Below are positions 39,032 through 50,080 of a DNA stretch of 64,000 bases, one piece after another; position 1 is the stretch's first letter, and the number at the start of each line of letters is the position of its first letter. The translations under genes were made by a program, and so were the position numbers. The stretch lies in NCBI GenBank assembly GCA_963803435.1, contig CAWDML010000001.1:448001-512000 (forward strand). The letters are read 5' to 3'. Source of the stretch: an uncultured delta proteobacterium (GTDB lineage: Bacteria; Myxococcota; Kuafuiibacteriia; Kuafuiibacteriales; Kuafuiibacteriaceae). The notes beneath the pieces were generated by a model. It saw nothing but the letters and a program-made list of their open reading frames with translations. It was not told the DNA's origin and ran no database searches.

Positions 39032-39856
39032 TTACCGAGGCGCGCGCTGTAACCTGCGGACCTTCTCGATCTCGCGCGTCGCGAGCCACGCGAAGAGCCA
39101 CGGAGCGGCGCGCGCGACCCACCAGCCGATCTTTCCCAGGTTCGTGACCACGATGATCGCGCGGTTGTTAGACACACCGCGCAAGATGTCCGACGCACAT
39201 CGGTCTACCTGGTACGGCGCCATCGGCAGGTTGGCGTCGAGGATCGCGCGGTCGAGGCTCACGACCCGGTTCGCCTGCAGCATCGGAGTGTCGATGATTC
39301 CCGGACACACCACGCTGACACGAACGCCCGCGCGCTTCGCCTCGATTCGCAAGCCCGTGGAGAGCCCCACGACCGCGTGCTTGGTGGTCGAGTAGCCGAC
39401 CATCATCGGTGTAGGCGCGAGGCCCGCCACCGAGGCCGTGTTGACGATGTGACCGAACCCCTGGCGCACCATCACCGGATACGCCGCCAGCACCCCGTGG
39501 AGGACACCGCGGAGGTTCACGTCGATCATCCAGTTCCAGTCCTCGATCGGCATGTCGTGCACCTCACCGATCGAGGCCACGCCTGCGTTGTTGAACATGA
39601 AGTCGATCCGACCGTGCGCGCGAGCGGTGTCGTCGACCAGCGCGCGGACCGCGCCCGGGTCGGTGACGTCGACCTCCACCCCGGACGCCTTCCCGCCCGA
39701 CGCCTCGATCACCCGCGCGGTCTCGAGCGCGCGCGCCCCGTCGAGGTCAGCGAGGATGACGGTGGCTCCGCGCGCGGCGAGCTGCTGGCCGACGGCGCGG
39801 CCAATCCCGGAGGCACCACCGGTGACGATCGCGATCCGACTCTCGAAGATTCCCAC
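39032..39856 (-). CDS. Short-chain dehydrogenase/reductase
   Basis: TGGASGIG, NNAG, YSTTK, CPG.IDT. Confidence 0.95.
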   Translation of the reverse strand: MGIFESRIAIVTGGASGIGRAVGQQLAARGATVILADLDGARALETARVIEASGGKASGVEVDVTDPGAVRALVDDTARAHGRIDFMFNNAGVASIGEVHDMPIEDWNWMIDVNLRGVLHGVLAAYPVMVRQGFGHIVNTASVAGLAPTPMMVGYSTTKHAVVGLSTGLRIEAKRAGVRVSVVCPGIIDTPMLQANRVVSLDRAILDANLPMAPYQVDRCASDILRGVSNNRAIIVVTNLGKIGWWVARAAPWLFAWLATREIEKVRRLQRAPR

Positions 39857-39899
39857 GGCGGGGACCTGTACACCGCCCGCCCCGCACGTGCCATGGACC

Positions 39900-41120
39900 T
39901 CATCGCGGAGGAGCGTGAGGCGTGTGCCAGGTCCGCCAGCCGGACGAGCCTTCCTCCGAATGGAGCTCGATCCAGCGCGCGACGTCCTGACGCCTCAGCA
40001 CGCCGGCGAGGCCACCGCTGTCGACGACCAGCAGCTCGTCTACATCCTCCGTCGCGAGCTTGCGCAGCGCCTGGTACGCGTCGGCGTCCACGGAGACGCT
40101 GGGATACTCGGCGACCGGCGTCGCGACGGTCCGGATCGGTGTCGAGATCCAGTCGGCCTTCGGGACCTTTCGCACCGCCTCGGACGTGACCACCGCGGTG
40201 ATCGCGCCGTTCTCGCGGACGGGGAAGAGGCGCTCGCCCGAGCTCATCAGCCGATCCACCAGCTCGTCCACTGAGAGCGAGGCCTCGACCGGCGCCGGAA
40301 CCTGCCGGCGCATGAGACGAGACACCGGGACGTCGGCGAGCAGATCCCGGACGATCAGCTCCCGATAGCTGGCGGAGGCGGCGCTGCTGAGGAACCAGCC
40401 GATGAACGCCATCCAGATGCCACCGATGAATCCGCCACCGATGATCGGGAAGACGAAGCCGAAGACCATCGCGATCCCGAACACGATCAGGAGCCAGCCG
40501 AACGCCTGGCCCACCCGGGCGGCCCATCGCGTCGCGGTGCGGATGTCATCGGTCGACGCCCAGAAGATCGCGCGGAGGACCCGCCCGCCGTCGAGAGGGA
40601 ACGCCGGGATGAGGTTGAACAGGCCGATGAAGATGTTGATCGGTCCCAGCCAGGCGAGGAGCGTCCCGACCGGCCCGAGCGAACGGACGAGCTCGCTCGC
40701 GTCGGTCGCGTTCCGGGCTGCCGGCGAGAGCTCCGCGAGAAAGGCGAAGGCGAAGCCGAGCACGATGCTGGTGATGGGGCCGATGATCGCCATCAGCGCT
40801 TCCACCTTGGGCGAGTCCGGCTCCCGCTCGATGCTCGAGACACCACCGAAGAGGAACAAGGTGATGTTGCGGATGGGGATGCCGTAGGCCCGCGCGACCA
40901 GCGAGTGCGCTAGCTCGTGTGCGAGGATCGAGGCGAAGAAGATGACGGTCGCGAAGAACGCGACCACCCACGACTCCAGCATCGACCAGTCGGGATGCCA
41001 GGCGGGAAAGACGCCGGCGCCGAGGTTGAACAACAACAGGAGGAAGATGACGATGAGGCTGAAGTCCAGCCCAATTCGGATTCCGCTGATGCTCCCGATC
41101 CGTATGCCCTTCCCCAGCAT
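39900..41120 (-). CDS. Site-2 protease (M50) with CBS domains
   Basis: HELAH, FNLIPAFPLDGGR, C-terminal CBS pair. Confidence 0.93.
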   Translation of the reverse strand: MLGKGIRIGSISGIRIGLDFSLIVIFLLLLFNLGAGVFPAWHPDWSMLESWVVAFFATVIFFASILAHELAHSLVARAYGIPIRNITLFLFGGVSSIEREPDSPKVEALMAIIGPITSIVLGFAFAFLAELSPAARNATDASELVRSLGPVGTLLAWLGPINIFIGLFNLIPAFPLDGGRVLRAIFWASTDDIRTATRWAARVGQAFGWLLIVFGIAMVFGFVFPIIGGGFIGGIWMAFIGWFLSSAASASYRELIVRDLLADVPVSRLMRRQVPAPVEASLSVDELVDRLMSSGERLFPVRENGAITAVVTSEAVRKVPKADWISTPIRTVATPVAEYPSVSVDADAYQALRKLATEDVDELLVVDSGGLAGVLRRQDVARWIELHSEEGSSGWRTWHTPHAPPR

Positions 41121-41323
41121 GGCTTGCACGACTCCTCTCTCGATCTCCGTCTGAACCGGTGCAGGTCCCGGGCCGGTTCGTTCCGGCGACGGACTCGGGC
41201 GCCGCGCGTCAACTCGCCGCGAGCGTGTCGTCCGGCCGCGGACAGAACGGCTTCCGGCGGGCCCCAACGTGAAACGAGCTGCCGGCGCGGCGCTTGCGAG
41301 CGACTCCGGTGGGAGGACGCGGT

Positions 41324-42436
41324 GTGAAAGGCAAAGCCGTTGCACCCCGCGTGCTCGCGTCCCTGATCGTCGCGGCCGCCGGATCTGCGTGTCATCACCG
41401 ACCGCCCCCGCCCCCTGAGCCAGTGCCGGTGCAAACGGCGGTCAGCGAGACCGATCGAGTGCCGCGCACCATCTCGGCCGTGGGACAGGCCAGCGCCCGA
41501 CTCGACGTCATCGTGAGGCCTCAAGTGACCGGAAAGTTGACCGCGGTCTTGATCGAGCACGGGCAGCAGGTGAAGAAGGGTGAGCTCCTCTTCCAGATCG
41601 ATCGCCGTCCTCTCGAAGCCGAGCTCTCTCGCGCCCGCGCCACCTTGAGGAAGGACATCGCCGAGGCGAGAAACGCCGAGACCCAGGCCCGTCGCTACCA
41701 GGAGCTCCGCGCCAAGAACTTCGTCTCTCAATCGGATGCCGACCAATATCGGACGGCGGCGGCCTCCGCGCGAGGAGTCGTGGGTGCGGATCGGGCGCAG
41801 GTCGCGCAGGCTGCCCTGCAGCTCGGGTACGCGTCGATCCGCTCCCCGATCGACGGGCGGACCGGGCTCGTCCTGGTCGACCGGGGAAATCTCGTCGAGG
41901 CGAACACCACGCAGCTCGTCGACATCCGCCGGCTCGACCCGATCTACGTGGACTTTACCGTCCCCTCGGAGAACCTCGCTGAGGTCCAGAGTGAGCAGGC
42001 CCGCGGGCCCCTCGAAGTGAGCGCGCGGCCGCGCGGCGATCCCTCGGCACCACCAATCTCGGGCAAGCTCACGTTCGTCGACAACCACGTCGACCAGGCG
42101 ACCGGGACGGTGCTCCTGCGCGCCACCGTCGACAACCCGGACAACATCCTCTGGCCGGGCGAGTTCCTCGACGTGCGGCTGGTCCTGGCCGTGGAAAAAG
42201 CAGTGGTCGTTCCCAGCCAGGCGGTCCAGCGCGGACAGAAGGGGACCTACGTCTTCGTGGTGAAACAGGACCAGACCGTCGAGGAGCGCGCCGTCACCAT
42301 CGGGACGCGCACCGACGAGGACACGGTCGTGAAGAGCGGGCTCCGCGCAGGCGAGCGCGTCGTCACCGACGGACAGCTGGCCCTCAGCCAGGGCACACGG
42401 GTCCGGATCGAGCGCCCGGCGGTGGCCACACCGTGA
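41324..42436 (+). CDS. RND efflux periplasmic adaptor (MdtA-like)
   Basis: RPQVTG, GQQVKKGELLFQID, IRSPIDGRTG, LWPGEF. Confidence 0.93.
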   Translation: MKGKAVAPRVLASLIVAAAGSACHHRPPPPPEPVPVQTAVSETDRVPRTISAVGQASARLDVIVRPQVTGKLTAVLIEHGQQVKKGELLFQIDRRPLEAELSRARATLRKDIAEARNAETQARRYQELRAKNFVSQSDADQYRTAAASARGVVGADRAQVAQAALQLGYASIRSPIDGRTGLVLVDRGNLVEANTTQLVDIRRLDPIYVDFTVPSENLAEVQSEQARGPLEVSARPRGDPSAPPISGKLTFVDNHVDQATGTVLLRATVDNPDNILWPGEFLDVRLVLAVEKAVVVPSQAVQRGQKGTYVFVVKQDQTVEERAVTIGTRTDEDTVVKSGLRAGERVVTDGQLALSQGTRVRIERPAVATP

Positions 42437-45400
42437 ACATCTCACAGCCATTCATCGACCGGCCGGTGATGACCACACTGCTCACCGCGGCTCTGCTGGT
42501 GGCGGGCGTGGTCGCCTACGAGAAGCTCCCGGTGAGCGAGCTCCCCAACGTCGACTTTCCCGTGATCGTGGTCTCCGCTGCGCTGCCCGGCGCGAGCCCG
42601 GAGACGATGGCCTCGGCCGTCGCGACTCCGCTCGAGCGCGAGTTTTCGACGATCGCGGGCATCGACAACATGAGCTCGTCGAGCGCCCTCGGCACCACCC
42701 AGATCACGTTGCAGTTCGCGCTGTCCCGGCAGCTCGACGCCGCCGCTCAGGACGTCGCCGCCGCCATCGCCCGGACCACGCCCCGGCTGCCGACCGGGAT
42801 GCCGACGCCGCCGAGCTATCGCAAGGTCAACCCGGCTGATCAGCCGATCATCTACATCGGCCTCCTCTCCGACACCATGCCGCTGTACCAGCTCGACGAG
42901 TACGGCGAGACCCAGCTCGCACAGCGCATCTCCATGATCTCGGGCGTTGCCCAGGTGGTGGTGTTCGGCGCGCAGAAGTTTGCGGTTCGCGTCCAGATCG
43001 ATCCCCGGGCGCTCGACAACCGCCGGATCGGCCTGGACGAGATCGCGACCAGCCTCGGCGACGCGAACGTCGACATCGCGACCGGCGATCTGCAGGGCCC
43101 CTACCGGGCGACCACCGTGAAGGCGACCGGACAGCTCTTCAACGCCGAGCAGTTCAGCTCCTTGATCGTCGCCTACCGGGACGGGCGGCCGGTTCGCCTC
43201 GAGGAGCTGGGCCGCACGCTCGACGACGTCGAGAACGACCGGACCGCCGCCTGGCTCGACGAACACCGCGCAGTGATCCTGGCCGTGCAGCGCCAGCCCG
43301 GCACCAACACCGTCGAGGTGGCCGGCGCGATCAGGAGCCTCTTGCCGCAGTTTCAGAAGCAACTCCCGGGCTCCGTGCGGCTCGAGGTCGTCTATGACCG
43401 CGCCAGCTCAATCCAGGCCTCGGTGCGCGACGTCCAGAGCACCCTGCTGGTCACGCTGGTCCTCGTGATCCTCGTGATCTTCCTCTTCCTCCGCAACCTC
43501 TCTGCGACCGTCATCCCGAGCCTGGCGCTCCCGATGTCGATCCTCGGGACCTTTGCGCTCATGTCGCTGCTCGGCTTCAACCTCGACAACCTCTCCCTGC
43601 TCGCCCTCACGCTTTCGGTCGGCTTCGTCGTCGACGACGCCATCGTGATGCTCGAGAACGTGGTCCGCCATCGCGAGCTCGGCGAGGACCGGCGCACCGC
43701 GGCGCTCACCGGCTCGAAGGAGATCGGCTTCACGATCGTCTCGATGACGATCTCGCTGGCGGCCGTGTTCATCCCCGTTCTGTTCCTGGGCGGCGTCGTC
43801 GGCCGCTTGTTCCGGGAGTTCTCGATCGTCATCGCCATCGCGATCCTGATCTCGGGCGCGGTCTCGCTCTCGCTGACGCCGATGCTGTGCAGCCGGTTTC
43901 TCCGGCCGGCTCCGGAGAAGCCGGGCCGCTTCTACCGGATCACCGAGCGTGCGTTCGAGAGCTCGCTTCGGTTCTACGAGCGGACGCTCAAGCGCGTCGT
44001 GCAACATCGTGCGCTGACCATGCTCTTCGTGGCCCTGGTGCTGGTGGGGACCGCGGTGCTCTTCATGACGGTCAAGACGGGCTTTCTGCCCAGCGAAGAC
44101 ACCGGTCAAGTCTTCATCCCGACCGAGGCGCAGGAGGGCATCTCCTGGCCGTCGATGATGGCGCACCAGCAGGCGCTGGCCGCGATCGCGCGCGCGGATC
44201 CCAACGTCGAGATCGCGCTCTCCGTGGCCGGCAGCGGCGGAGGCCTGACCGGCGTGAACGCGGGCATCATGTTCTTGAAGCTCAAGCCGCGGGGCCAGCG
44301 ACACCTCTCCGCGGACGAGATCGTGGCCGAGCTGCGGCCCAAGCTGGCCCGCGTGCCCGGGATCCGTGCGTATCCCCAGAACCCGCCCGCGATCCGGATC
44401 GGCGGCCAGCTCACCAAGAGTCAGTACCAGTACACGCTCCAGAGCACCGACCTGCAGGCGCTCTATCGGTACGCGCCCATGCTCGAGGATCGGATCAGCG
44501 GCATCCCCGGGACCCGGGACGTGACCTCCGATCTCCTCATCGAGAATCCGCAGACGACGGTGGTGATCGATCGCGATCGCGCATCCTCGCTGGGGATCAC
44601 GGCCCGGAGGATCGAGGAGACGCTCGGGTACGCCTACTCATCGCAGCAGGTCTCCACGATCCACGCGCCCAACGACGAGTATCAGGTGATCCTGGAGCTC
44701 GTCCCTTCGGCGCGAAGGACGCCCTCCGATCTGTCTCACCTCTACATCCACGGCGGCGGCCAGAACGTGGTCCCTCTCGACGCCGTCGCTCACCTGGAGG
44801 ACGGGATCGCTCCGCTGTCCGTCAACCACTCCGGCCAGCTGCCGGCCGTGACGATCTCGTTCAACCTCGATCCCAACGTGGCGCTCGGAGACGTGCTCCC
44901 CCGGATCGATCGCGAGGCGCGTCAGGTGCTCCCCGCAACGATCCAGACCAGCTTCCTCGGCACGGCTGAGGCCTTCCGCTCCTCGCTGACCGGGCTGGGC
45001 CTCCTGCTCATCCTCGCCGTGCTGGTGATCTACGCGGTGCTCGGCATCCTCTACGAGAGCTTCATTCACCCGATCACGATCCTCTCCGCGCTCCCCTTCG
45101 CCGGCTTTGGCGCGCTGCTCACGCTGCTGATTACCGGAACCGAGCTCTCGGTCTACGCGTTCGTCGGCATCATCATGTTGATCGGCCTGGTGAAGAAGAA
45201 CGGCATCATGATGGTCGACTTCGCCGTCTCGCTCGAGCGCGAGAAGAAGATCGATGCGGAGGAGGCGATCGTGCAGGCGTCGCTAATCCGCTTCCGCCCC
45301 ATCATGATGACCACGCTGGCCGCGCTGCTGGGCACGCTCCCGATCGCCTTCGCCTTCGGCCAGGGCGCCGAGTCGCGCCGGCCGCTGGGCCTGGCCGTTG

Positions 45401-45528
45401 CGGGCGGTCTGCTCTTCTCGCAGCTCCTCACCCTCTACGTAACGCCGGTGTTCTACATCTACATGGACGGTGTTCGAGCCTGGCCGCAGCGGCTCCACGA
45501 GTGGCGTCGTGCGCGCCGCGCTCCCTGA
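42433..45528 (+). CDS. RND efflux permease (MdtB/MdtC-like)
   Basis: FIDRPVMT, GFVVDDAIVMLEN, GLVKKNGIMMVDFA, RFRPIMMTT. Confidence 0.96.
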   Translation: MNISQPFIDRPVMTTLLTAALLVAGVVAYEKLPVSELPNVDFPVIVVSAALPGASPETMASAVATPLEREFSTIAGIDNMSSSSALGTTQITLQFALSRQLDAAAQDVAAAIARTTPRLPTGMPTPPSYRKVNPADQPIIYIGLLSDTMPLYQLDEYGETQLAQRISMISGVAQVVVFGAQKFAVRVQIDPRALDNRRIGLDEIATSLGDANVDIATGDLQGPYRATTVKATGQLFNAEQFSSLIVAYRDGRPVRLEELGRTLDDVENDRTAAWLDEHRAVILAVQRQPGTNTVEVAGAIRSLLPQFQKQLPGSVRLEVVYDRASSIQASVRDVQSTLLVTLVLVILVIFLFLRNLSATVIPSLALPMSILGTFALMSLLGFNLDNLSLLALTLSVGFVVDDAIVMLENVVRHRELGEDRRTAALTGSKEIGFTIVSMTISLAAVFIPVLFLGGVVGRLFREFSIVIAIAILISGAVSLSLTPMLCSRFLRPAPEKPGRFYRITERAFESSLRFYERTLKRVVQHRALTMLFVALVLVGTAVLFMTVKTGFLPSEDTGQVFIPTEAQEGISWPSMMAHQQALAAIARADPNVEIALSVAGSGGGLTGVNAGIMFLKLKPRGQRHLSADEIVAELRPKLARVPGIRAYPQNPPAIRIGGQLTKSQYQYTLQSTDLQALYRYAPMLEDRISGIPGTRDVTSDLLIENPQTTVVIDRDRASSLGITARRIEETLGYAYSSQQVSTIHAPNDEYQVILELVPSARRTPSDLSHLYIHGGGQNVVPLDAVAHLEDGIAPLSVNHSGQLPAVTISFNLDPNVALGDVLPRIDREARQVLPATIQTSFLGTAEAFRSSLTGLGLLLILAVLVIYAVLGILYESFIHPITILSALPFAGFGALLTLLITGTELSVYAFVGIIMLIGLVKKNGIMMVDFAVSLEREKKIDAEEAIVQASLIRFRPIMMTTLAALLGTLPIAFAFGQGAESRRPLGLAVAGGLLFSQLLTLYVTPVFYIYMDGVRAWPQRLHEWRRARRAP

Positions 45529-45535
45529 CGGCGGT

Positions 45536-47008
45536 TCAGCCGACGGACTCGACCAGGAGCGCGGTCACCTCCTCGAGCGCGCTCACCAGCACTCGAGGAT
45601 GCCGCCAGAGCGCGCGGAGCATCGCCTGGTTGAGCGCGCGATGCTTCGGCGTCCAGCTCGGATAGCGGACCAGGATCGTCGGGCTCGGGCGGCGCCCGGC
45701 CTCGGCCAGCAAGAGCCGGCTCCAGCGCGAGACCTGGCGCGGGACCACCTCGACGTGCACGCTCGGATCGGAGAACCCGTCCGTCTGCCACGCGAAATCC
45801 TCCAGCACGAAGACCCGGACCTGGGCGGCCGGAAAGAACCGGCGGAGGCGCTCCATCTCCTCACCGAAGCGGGCGAAGGGTCCGGCGCCGACCACGTTGA
45901 TACGCCGCTGCTCGTTGCGCCGCGCGATCCACGGCGCGATCGCGCGCGCAATCCGGGCGGTCACCTCCGGGTGCGGGCGCAGCTCGGCTGGAGGCACGCG
46001 TCCGGGGAGGCGCTGGAGCCGGTAGGCCGTCTCAATGGGCTCCGCGAGGCTCGGCGCGATCGCCTCGATCTTCCACTGCGAGGCGAACACCGACACCGCG
46101 CGCATCTTTCGCTCATGTACGTCGGCGATGATCTCCCGCTCCGGCTCGAGCACGCCACCGTGACGCGCGAGCGCGGCGGTCATCGATTGCGCGTGACCGG
46201 GGAGCTGCACCGCGTACGGCAGATCCTGGTAGAGGCGGACCTCGACCCTCTCCAAGCGCGCCGGATCGCGGCGCAGCATCTCGAGGCAAGCCTCGCGCGT
46301 GAGGTGGTGATCGACGTGCTCGCCGAGCCCCAGCGGGATCCAGAGCTCGTCGGGCGAGAGCGGATCGAGCGCGCGAGAGAGGCGCTCCGCCGTCGCCTCC
46401 GTCTCCTCGAGCGACGGCGTCGAGTGGAGGAACGGCTCGTAGGCGGCGTAGAGCCGCGAGAAGGAGGCCTCGCTCCAGCGCTCCGGCGGGACGAAGCGCA
46501 GGTTCGCCTCGAGCCCGTCCATCACCCGATGCTCGGCGCCGACGAGGCGGGCCGCCAGTGCGCCCTCGCGGCGGCGCAGCGAGGTCACCGTCTCCAGGTC
46601 GAACGGGAAGCGGTTCTTGAACCAGTAGCTGGTGAAGTTGGAGCGGGGCGCCAGCGTGAGGATCGTGATCCGCTGCCTCCCGGCGCGCCGCAGCATCCGG
46701 CCGCCGGTGCTCAGGATAGCGTCGTCGATGTGCGGCTCGACGACGACCAGGTGCGGGTGAGCCGGCGGCGGCTCCCGGGCCTCGACCAGCTCGACGACCC
46801 CGGCTTCGTGCCAGCGCGCGAGCGCCAGCTCCGCGCCGGCGTGCGCCGCCGCGAGCCACCCCACGTTGCGAGAGCCGTCGATGGCATCGAACAGCCCTAT
46901 CTCCTCAGGGCGGAGCTCGAGCGCCGGGCGGCGGGCCACCAGGAAGAAGACGCGTTCGCCCTTCCGGGAGAAGTGCGGGCGAAGGTGGGCGACAGCGTCG
47001 CGATCCAT
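45536..47008 (-). CDS. PIG-L family deacetylase with N-terminal PqqD/RRE-like segment
   Basis: EPHIDDAILS, RRRE, HVDH, YQDLPY, FASQ; N-terminal LFDAIDGSRNV. Confidence 0.8.
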   Translation of the reverse strand: MDRDAVAHLRPHFSRKGERVFFLVARRPALELRPEEIGLFDAIDGSRNVGWLAAAHAGAELALARWHEAGVVELVEAREPPPAHPHLVVVEPHIDDAILSTGGRMLRRAGRQRITILTLAPRSNFTSYWFKNRFPFDLETVTSLRRREGALAARLVGAEHRVMDGLEANLRFVPPERWSEASFSRLYAAYEPFLHSTPSLEETEATAERLSRALDPLSPDELWIPLGLGEHVDHHLTREACLEMLRRDPARLERVEVRLYQDLPYAVQLPGHAQSMTAALARHGGVLEPEREIIADVHERKMRAVSVFASQWKIEAIAPSLAEPIETAYRLQRLPGRVPPAELRPHPEVTARIARAIAPWIARRNEQRRINVVGAGPFARFGEEMERLRRFFPAAQVRVFVLEDFAWQTDGFSDPSVHVEVVPRQVSRWSRLLLAEAGRRPSPTILVRYPSWTPKHRALNQAMLRALWRHPRVLVSALEEVTALLVESVG

Positions 47009-47047
47009 CGCCGGCCTTTGGTAGCATCGGGCCGAGTGGGGCGCGAG

Positions 47048-48067
47048 GTGCATTCGCGACCGCGCATCAGCGTGGTCATGACCGTCTTCAACCAGGCCGG
47101 GTACCTCGGGGAGGCGATCGACAGCGTCCTCGCCCAGGACTGCGCCGACTTCGAGCTCATCGTGGTGGACGACGGCTCGACGGACGACAGCGCCCAGGTG
47201 GCCGCGCGCTACGGCGATCGGTTGCGGTTCGTGCGACGCACCAACGGCGGGCTGGCGGCGGCCCGCAACACCGGGATCGAGCTGGCGAAGGGCGAGCTCG
47301 TCACCTTCTGCGACTCCGACGACATCCACCTGCCCTACCGGCTCTCTGCCCAGCTCAGCGTGCTGGACGCGACGCCCCGCGCCGCGCTGGTCTTCAGCGA
47401 GCTGTCCCCGTATCGGGACGGCCGGGTCGTGTCCGAACACCTGCTCCGCGACAAGGTGATGGGACCGATGCGCCGCTCCTTCGACGAGGAGATCGAGGCG
47501 GCCTTCCCCTTCGCCGGCACCTGCGAGGCGCTGGGCGTGCCGGTCCCCGAGCCGTATCGGCGCCGATTCGTCCGCTGGGGCCGCGTGCCCGGCCTCATCG
47601 CGCTGGCGCACGTCGCCTGGGGTGGGGCCTCGATGGTCCGCAAGAGCGCGCTCACCGCGATGGGGGGCCACGATCCCTCGCTGCGCCGCTACGTCGACTG
47701 GGAGTTGAGCTCACGGATCTCCAAGGCCTACGACCTGGCCTTCCTCGACGTCCCGGTCCTCCTCTACCGGCTCCACGGCGGTCAGCTCACCAAGAGGACC
47801 GGCCTCGGCGCCCAGTGCTATCGCGACGTGATCGATCGCGTGTGGCGGAGCGATCCGGTCGCGTACGCCCAGCACCACGAGGTGATCGATCGGTCGCTCG
47901 GCTCCGCCTATTGGAGCCTCGGGCAGGTCGCCGCCGAGTCGGGCGACTGGAGCGCGGCCGCCCGCTGGTACCTTCGATCGGTCCGCACCTATCCCCGGCA
48001 GAAGGCCGCCTACGTCGATCTGCTCAAGGCCACCCTCCTGACCGTATCGTCCGCCGTGGGCCGGTGA
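47048..48067 (+). CDS. Glycosyltransferase family 2
   Basis: ISVVMTVFN, VVDDGSTD, GLAAARN.G, FCDSDD; short TPR-like C-terminus. Confidence 0.93.
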   Translation: MHSRPRISVVMTVFNQAGYLGEAIDSVLAQDCADFELIVVDDGSTDDSAQVAARYGDRLRFVRRTNGGLAAARNTGIELAKGELVTFCDSDDIHLPYRLSAQLSVLDATPRAALVFSELSPYRDGRVVSEHLLRDKVMGPMRRSFDEEIEAAFPFAGTCEALGVPVPEPYRRRFVRWGRVPGLIALAHVAWGGASMVRKSALTAMGGHDPSLRRYVDWELSSRISKAYDLAFLDVPVLLYRLHGGQLTKRTGLGAQCYRDVIDRVWRSDPVAYAQHHEVIDRSLGSAYWSLGQVAAESGDWSAAARWYLRSVRTYPRQKAAYVDLLKATLLTVSSAVGR

Positions 48068-49992
48068 TCCTTCATCGGATCGGTGGCGCCGACCTCGATC
48101 GAGGCGCCCTCGATGAAGCGTCGATACCAGAGCTCGAACATCATCGCGTTCCAGAGCTGGGTCCCGTGATCCACCAGGCCGGCCTGATGCTCGACCCAGA
48201 GCCGGCGTGACTCGTACCTCGAGAGCGTGCCGCTGGCACCGCCCGGCTTGGCGAAGAAGAGCGCCTCCGCGGGCTCCCTGAGCGCGGTACGGAACCATTT
48301 TGCGATCGGGATGGCGAAGCCCATCTTCTTACGATCGAACGTCTCCGGAGGGATCAGCCCACGGATGGCCTGCTTCAGGATCAGCTTCGTCTTGTTCTCC
48401 TGAATCTTGAACGAAGAGGGAATTCGCGCCGCGTACTCCACGACCTTGTGATCGAGCAGCGGACAGCGGACCTCGAGCGCGTGCGCCATCGAGGCTCGAT
48501 CGACCTTCACCAAGATGTCGTCCGGCAGGTAGGTCTTGAGATCGACATACTGCATGCGCGAGACGTGATCCCCGGTGCGCGAGCGCTCGTACCAGCTCCG
48601 GAAGGCGTCGTACGGATCGTAACCTCCCAGCGAGGCGAGGAAGTCGCGGCTCAGCATCTCGCGGAAGCGCCACGGCTGCGGGAGCAGGCTGTTGTAGTCG
48701 CTGCGGTCGGCGTCGAGGGCGGCGCGCCAGGCGATCGAGTTGTAGCCGAACGCCTCCGAGCTGTAGCGCGTCACCTGGAAGAGATGACGCAGCGGTGTCA
48801 GCGCCGCGCGCCGAAGCCAGCCGGGGAGGCGCCCCCGGATGCTGTCGGCCCACAGCGAGTCGCGATAGTGATAGTAGCCCGCGAATAGCTCATCGCCGCC
48901 GTCGCCCGAGAGCGCCACCGTCACGTGCTTCCGAGTCATCGCGCAGAGGTGGTACGTGGGCGCCGCCGAGGAGTCGCCGAAGGGCTCGTCGTAGAACCAG
49001 GAGAGCTGGCGGACGATCTCGCCGGCCTCCGGCGAAAGCACCTGCTCGCGATGATCCGTTTGGAAGCGCGCCGCGATCTGGCGCGCGTACGGCCGCTCGT
49101 CGTACCGCTCGACGTCGAAGCCGATCGAGTTGGTGAGCACGGGGCGCTCCGAGAGCTGCGCCATCACCGCGACGATGGCCGAGCTGTCGACCCCGCCCGA
49201 GAGAAACGCGCCCAGCGGCACGTCGGAGCGCAGCCGCAGGCGAACGGCCTCGGTGATGAGCTCGAGCAGCCGAACAGCGTGCTGCTCGGCGGAGCTGCCC
49301 AGGTCCGGCGAGGTGTAGTCGACGTCCCAGTACGCGTGCATGCGGGCGCCGGCGGGCGAGATCGCGAGCGTGTGGGCCGGCGGCAGCTTGAGCATCCGGT
49401 TGAAGATCGTCTTCGGTCCGGGGACGTAGGAGAGCGCGAAGTAGTCGGCGACAGCCGTCGCGTCGATCTCTCGCGGGATCGTCGGGTCGGCCAGGACCGC
49501 TTTGAGCTCCGAAGCGAAGACGATCCGGTCGGCGTCACGGTAATAGTAGAGCGGCTTCTTCCCCAGCGGATCCCGACCGAGAAACAGCGCATGCTCCGCC
49601 GCGTCGTAGATCGCGAACGCGAACATGCCCCGGAAGCGCTCGACGCAAGCGTCGCCCCACTCGACGTACGCATAGAGGAGCACCTCGGTGTCCGAGTCGG
49701 TGCGGAACCGGTGGCCCTTCGCGGAGAGCTCATGCCGGAGCTCGAGGTAGTTGTAGATCTCGCCGTTGAAGACCACGGCCCAGCGGCCGCTCGCGTCGAA
49801 GAGGGGCTGATGTCCGCCGGACGAGAGGTCGATGATGGAGAGCCGGCGCTGGCCAAGGCCGACGCCGTCGCCGACCCAGACCCCACCGTCGTTGGGACCT
49901 CGATGGACGAGCGTATCGGTCTGTGCGATCAAGCGCGCGCGATCGACGGGGCGGCTCCGATCGAAGTGCAGCACGCCGACGATCCCGCACAT
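48010..49992 (-). CDS. asnB: Asparagine synthase (glutamine-hydrolysing), likely a polysaccharide amidotransferase
   Basis: MCGIVG, HRGP, RRLSIIDL, FNGEIYN, LSGGVDSS, LSGDGGDELF, KVDRASM. Confidence 0.95.
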   Translation of the reverse strand: MCGIVGVLHFDRSRPVDRARLIAQTDTLVHRGPNDGGVWVGDGVGLGQRRLSIIDLSSGGHQPLFDASGRWAVVFNGEIYNYLELRHELSAKGHRFRTDSDTEVLLYAYVEWGDACVERFRGMFAFAIYDAAEHALFLGRDPLGKKPLYYYRDADRIVFASELKAVLADPTIPREIDATAVADYFALSYVPGPKTIFNRMLKLPPAHTLAISPAGARMHAYWDVDYTSPDLGSSAEQHAVRLLELITEAVRLRLRSDVPLGAFLSGGVDSSAIVAVMAQLSERPVLTNSIGFDVERYDERPYARQIAARFQTDHREQVLSPEAGEIVRQLSWFYDEPFGDSSAAPTYHLCAMTRKHVTVALSGDGGDELFAGYYHYRDSLWADSIRGRLPGWLRRAALTPLRHLFQVTRYSSEAFGYNSIAWRAALDADRSDYNSLLPQPWRFREMLSRDFLASLGGYDPYDAFRSWYERSRTGDHVSRMQYVDLKTYLPDDILVKVDRASMAHALEVRCPLLDHKVVEYAARIPSSFKIQENKTKLILKQAIRGLIPPETFDRKKMGFAIPIAKWFRTALREPAEALFFAKPGGASGTLSRYESRRLWVEHQAGLVDHGTQLWNAMMFELWYRRFIEGASIEVGATDPMKDHRPTADDTVRRVALSRST

Positions 49993-50080
49993 CGCGGCGC
50001 ACACTACGCGTCGTCCGACGGAATGAACAGACTGTGGGGGCGGTGAGGCTGGGGCCGGCGGAGAAGAGCGGGCGGTCGAG

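Noticed and set aside
45470-47047. Long N-terminal extensions in the ORF track for GT2 (also VOC, S2P, sigma, HAD and four-helix-bundle)
   Set aside because: The extensions overlap neighbouring genes or intergenic DNA; family-typical starts lie downstream.
48010-49992. Lasso peptide cyclase
   Set aside because: It is a full Gln-hydrolysing AsnB (MCGI start), with no B protein or lasso precursor nearby.
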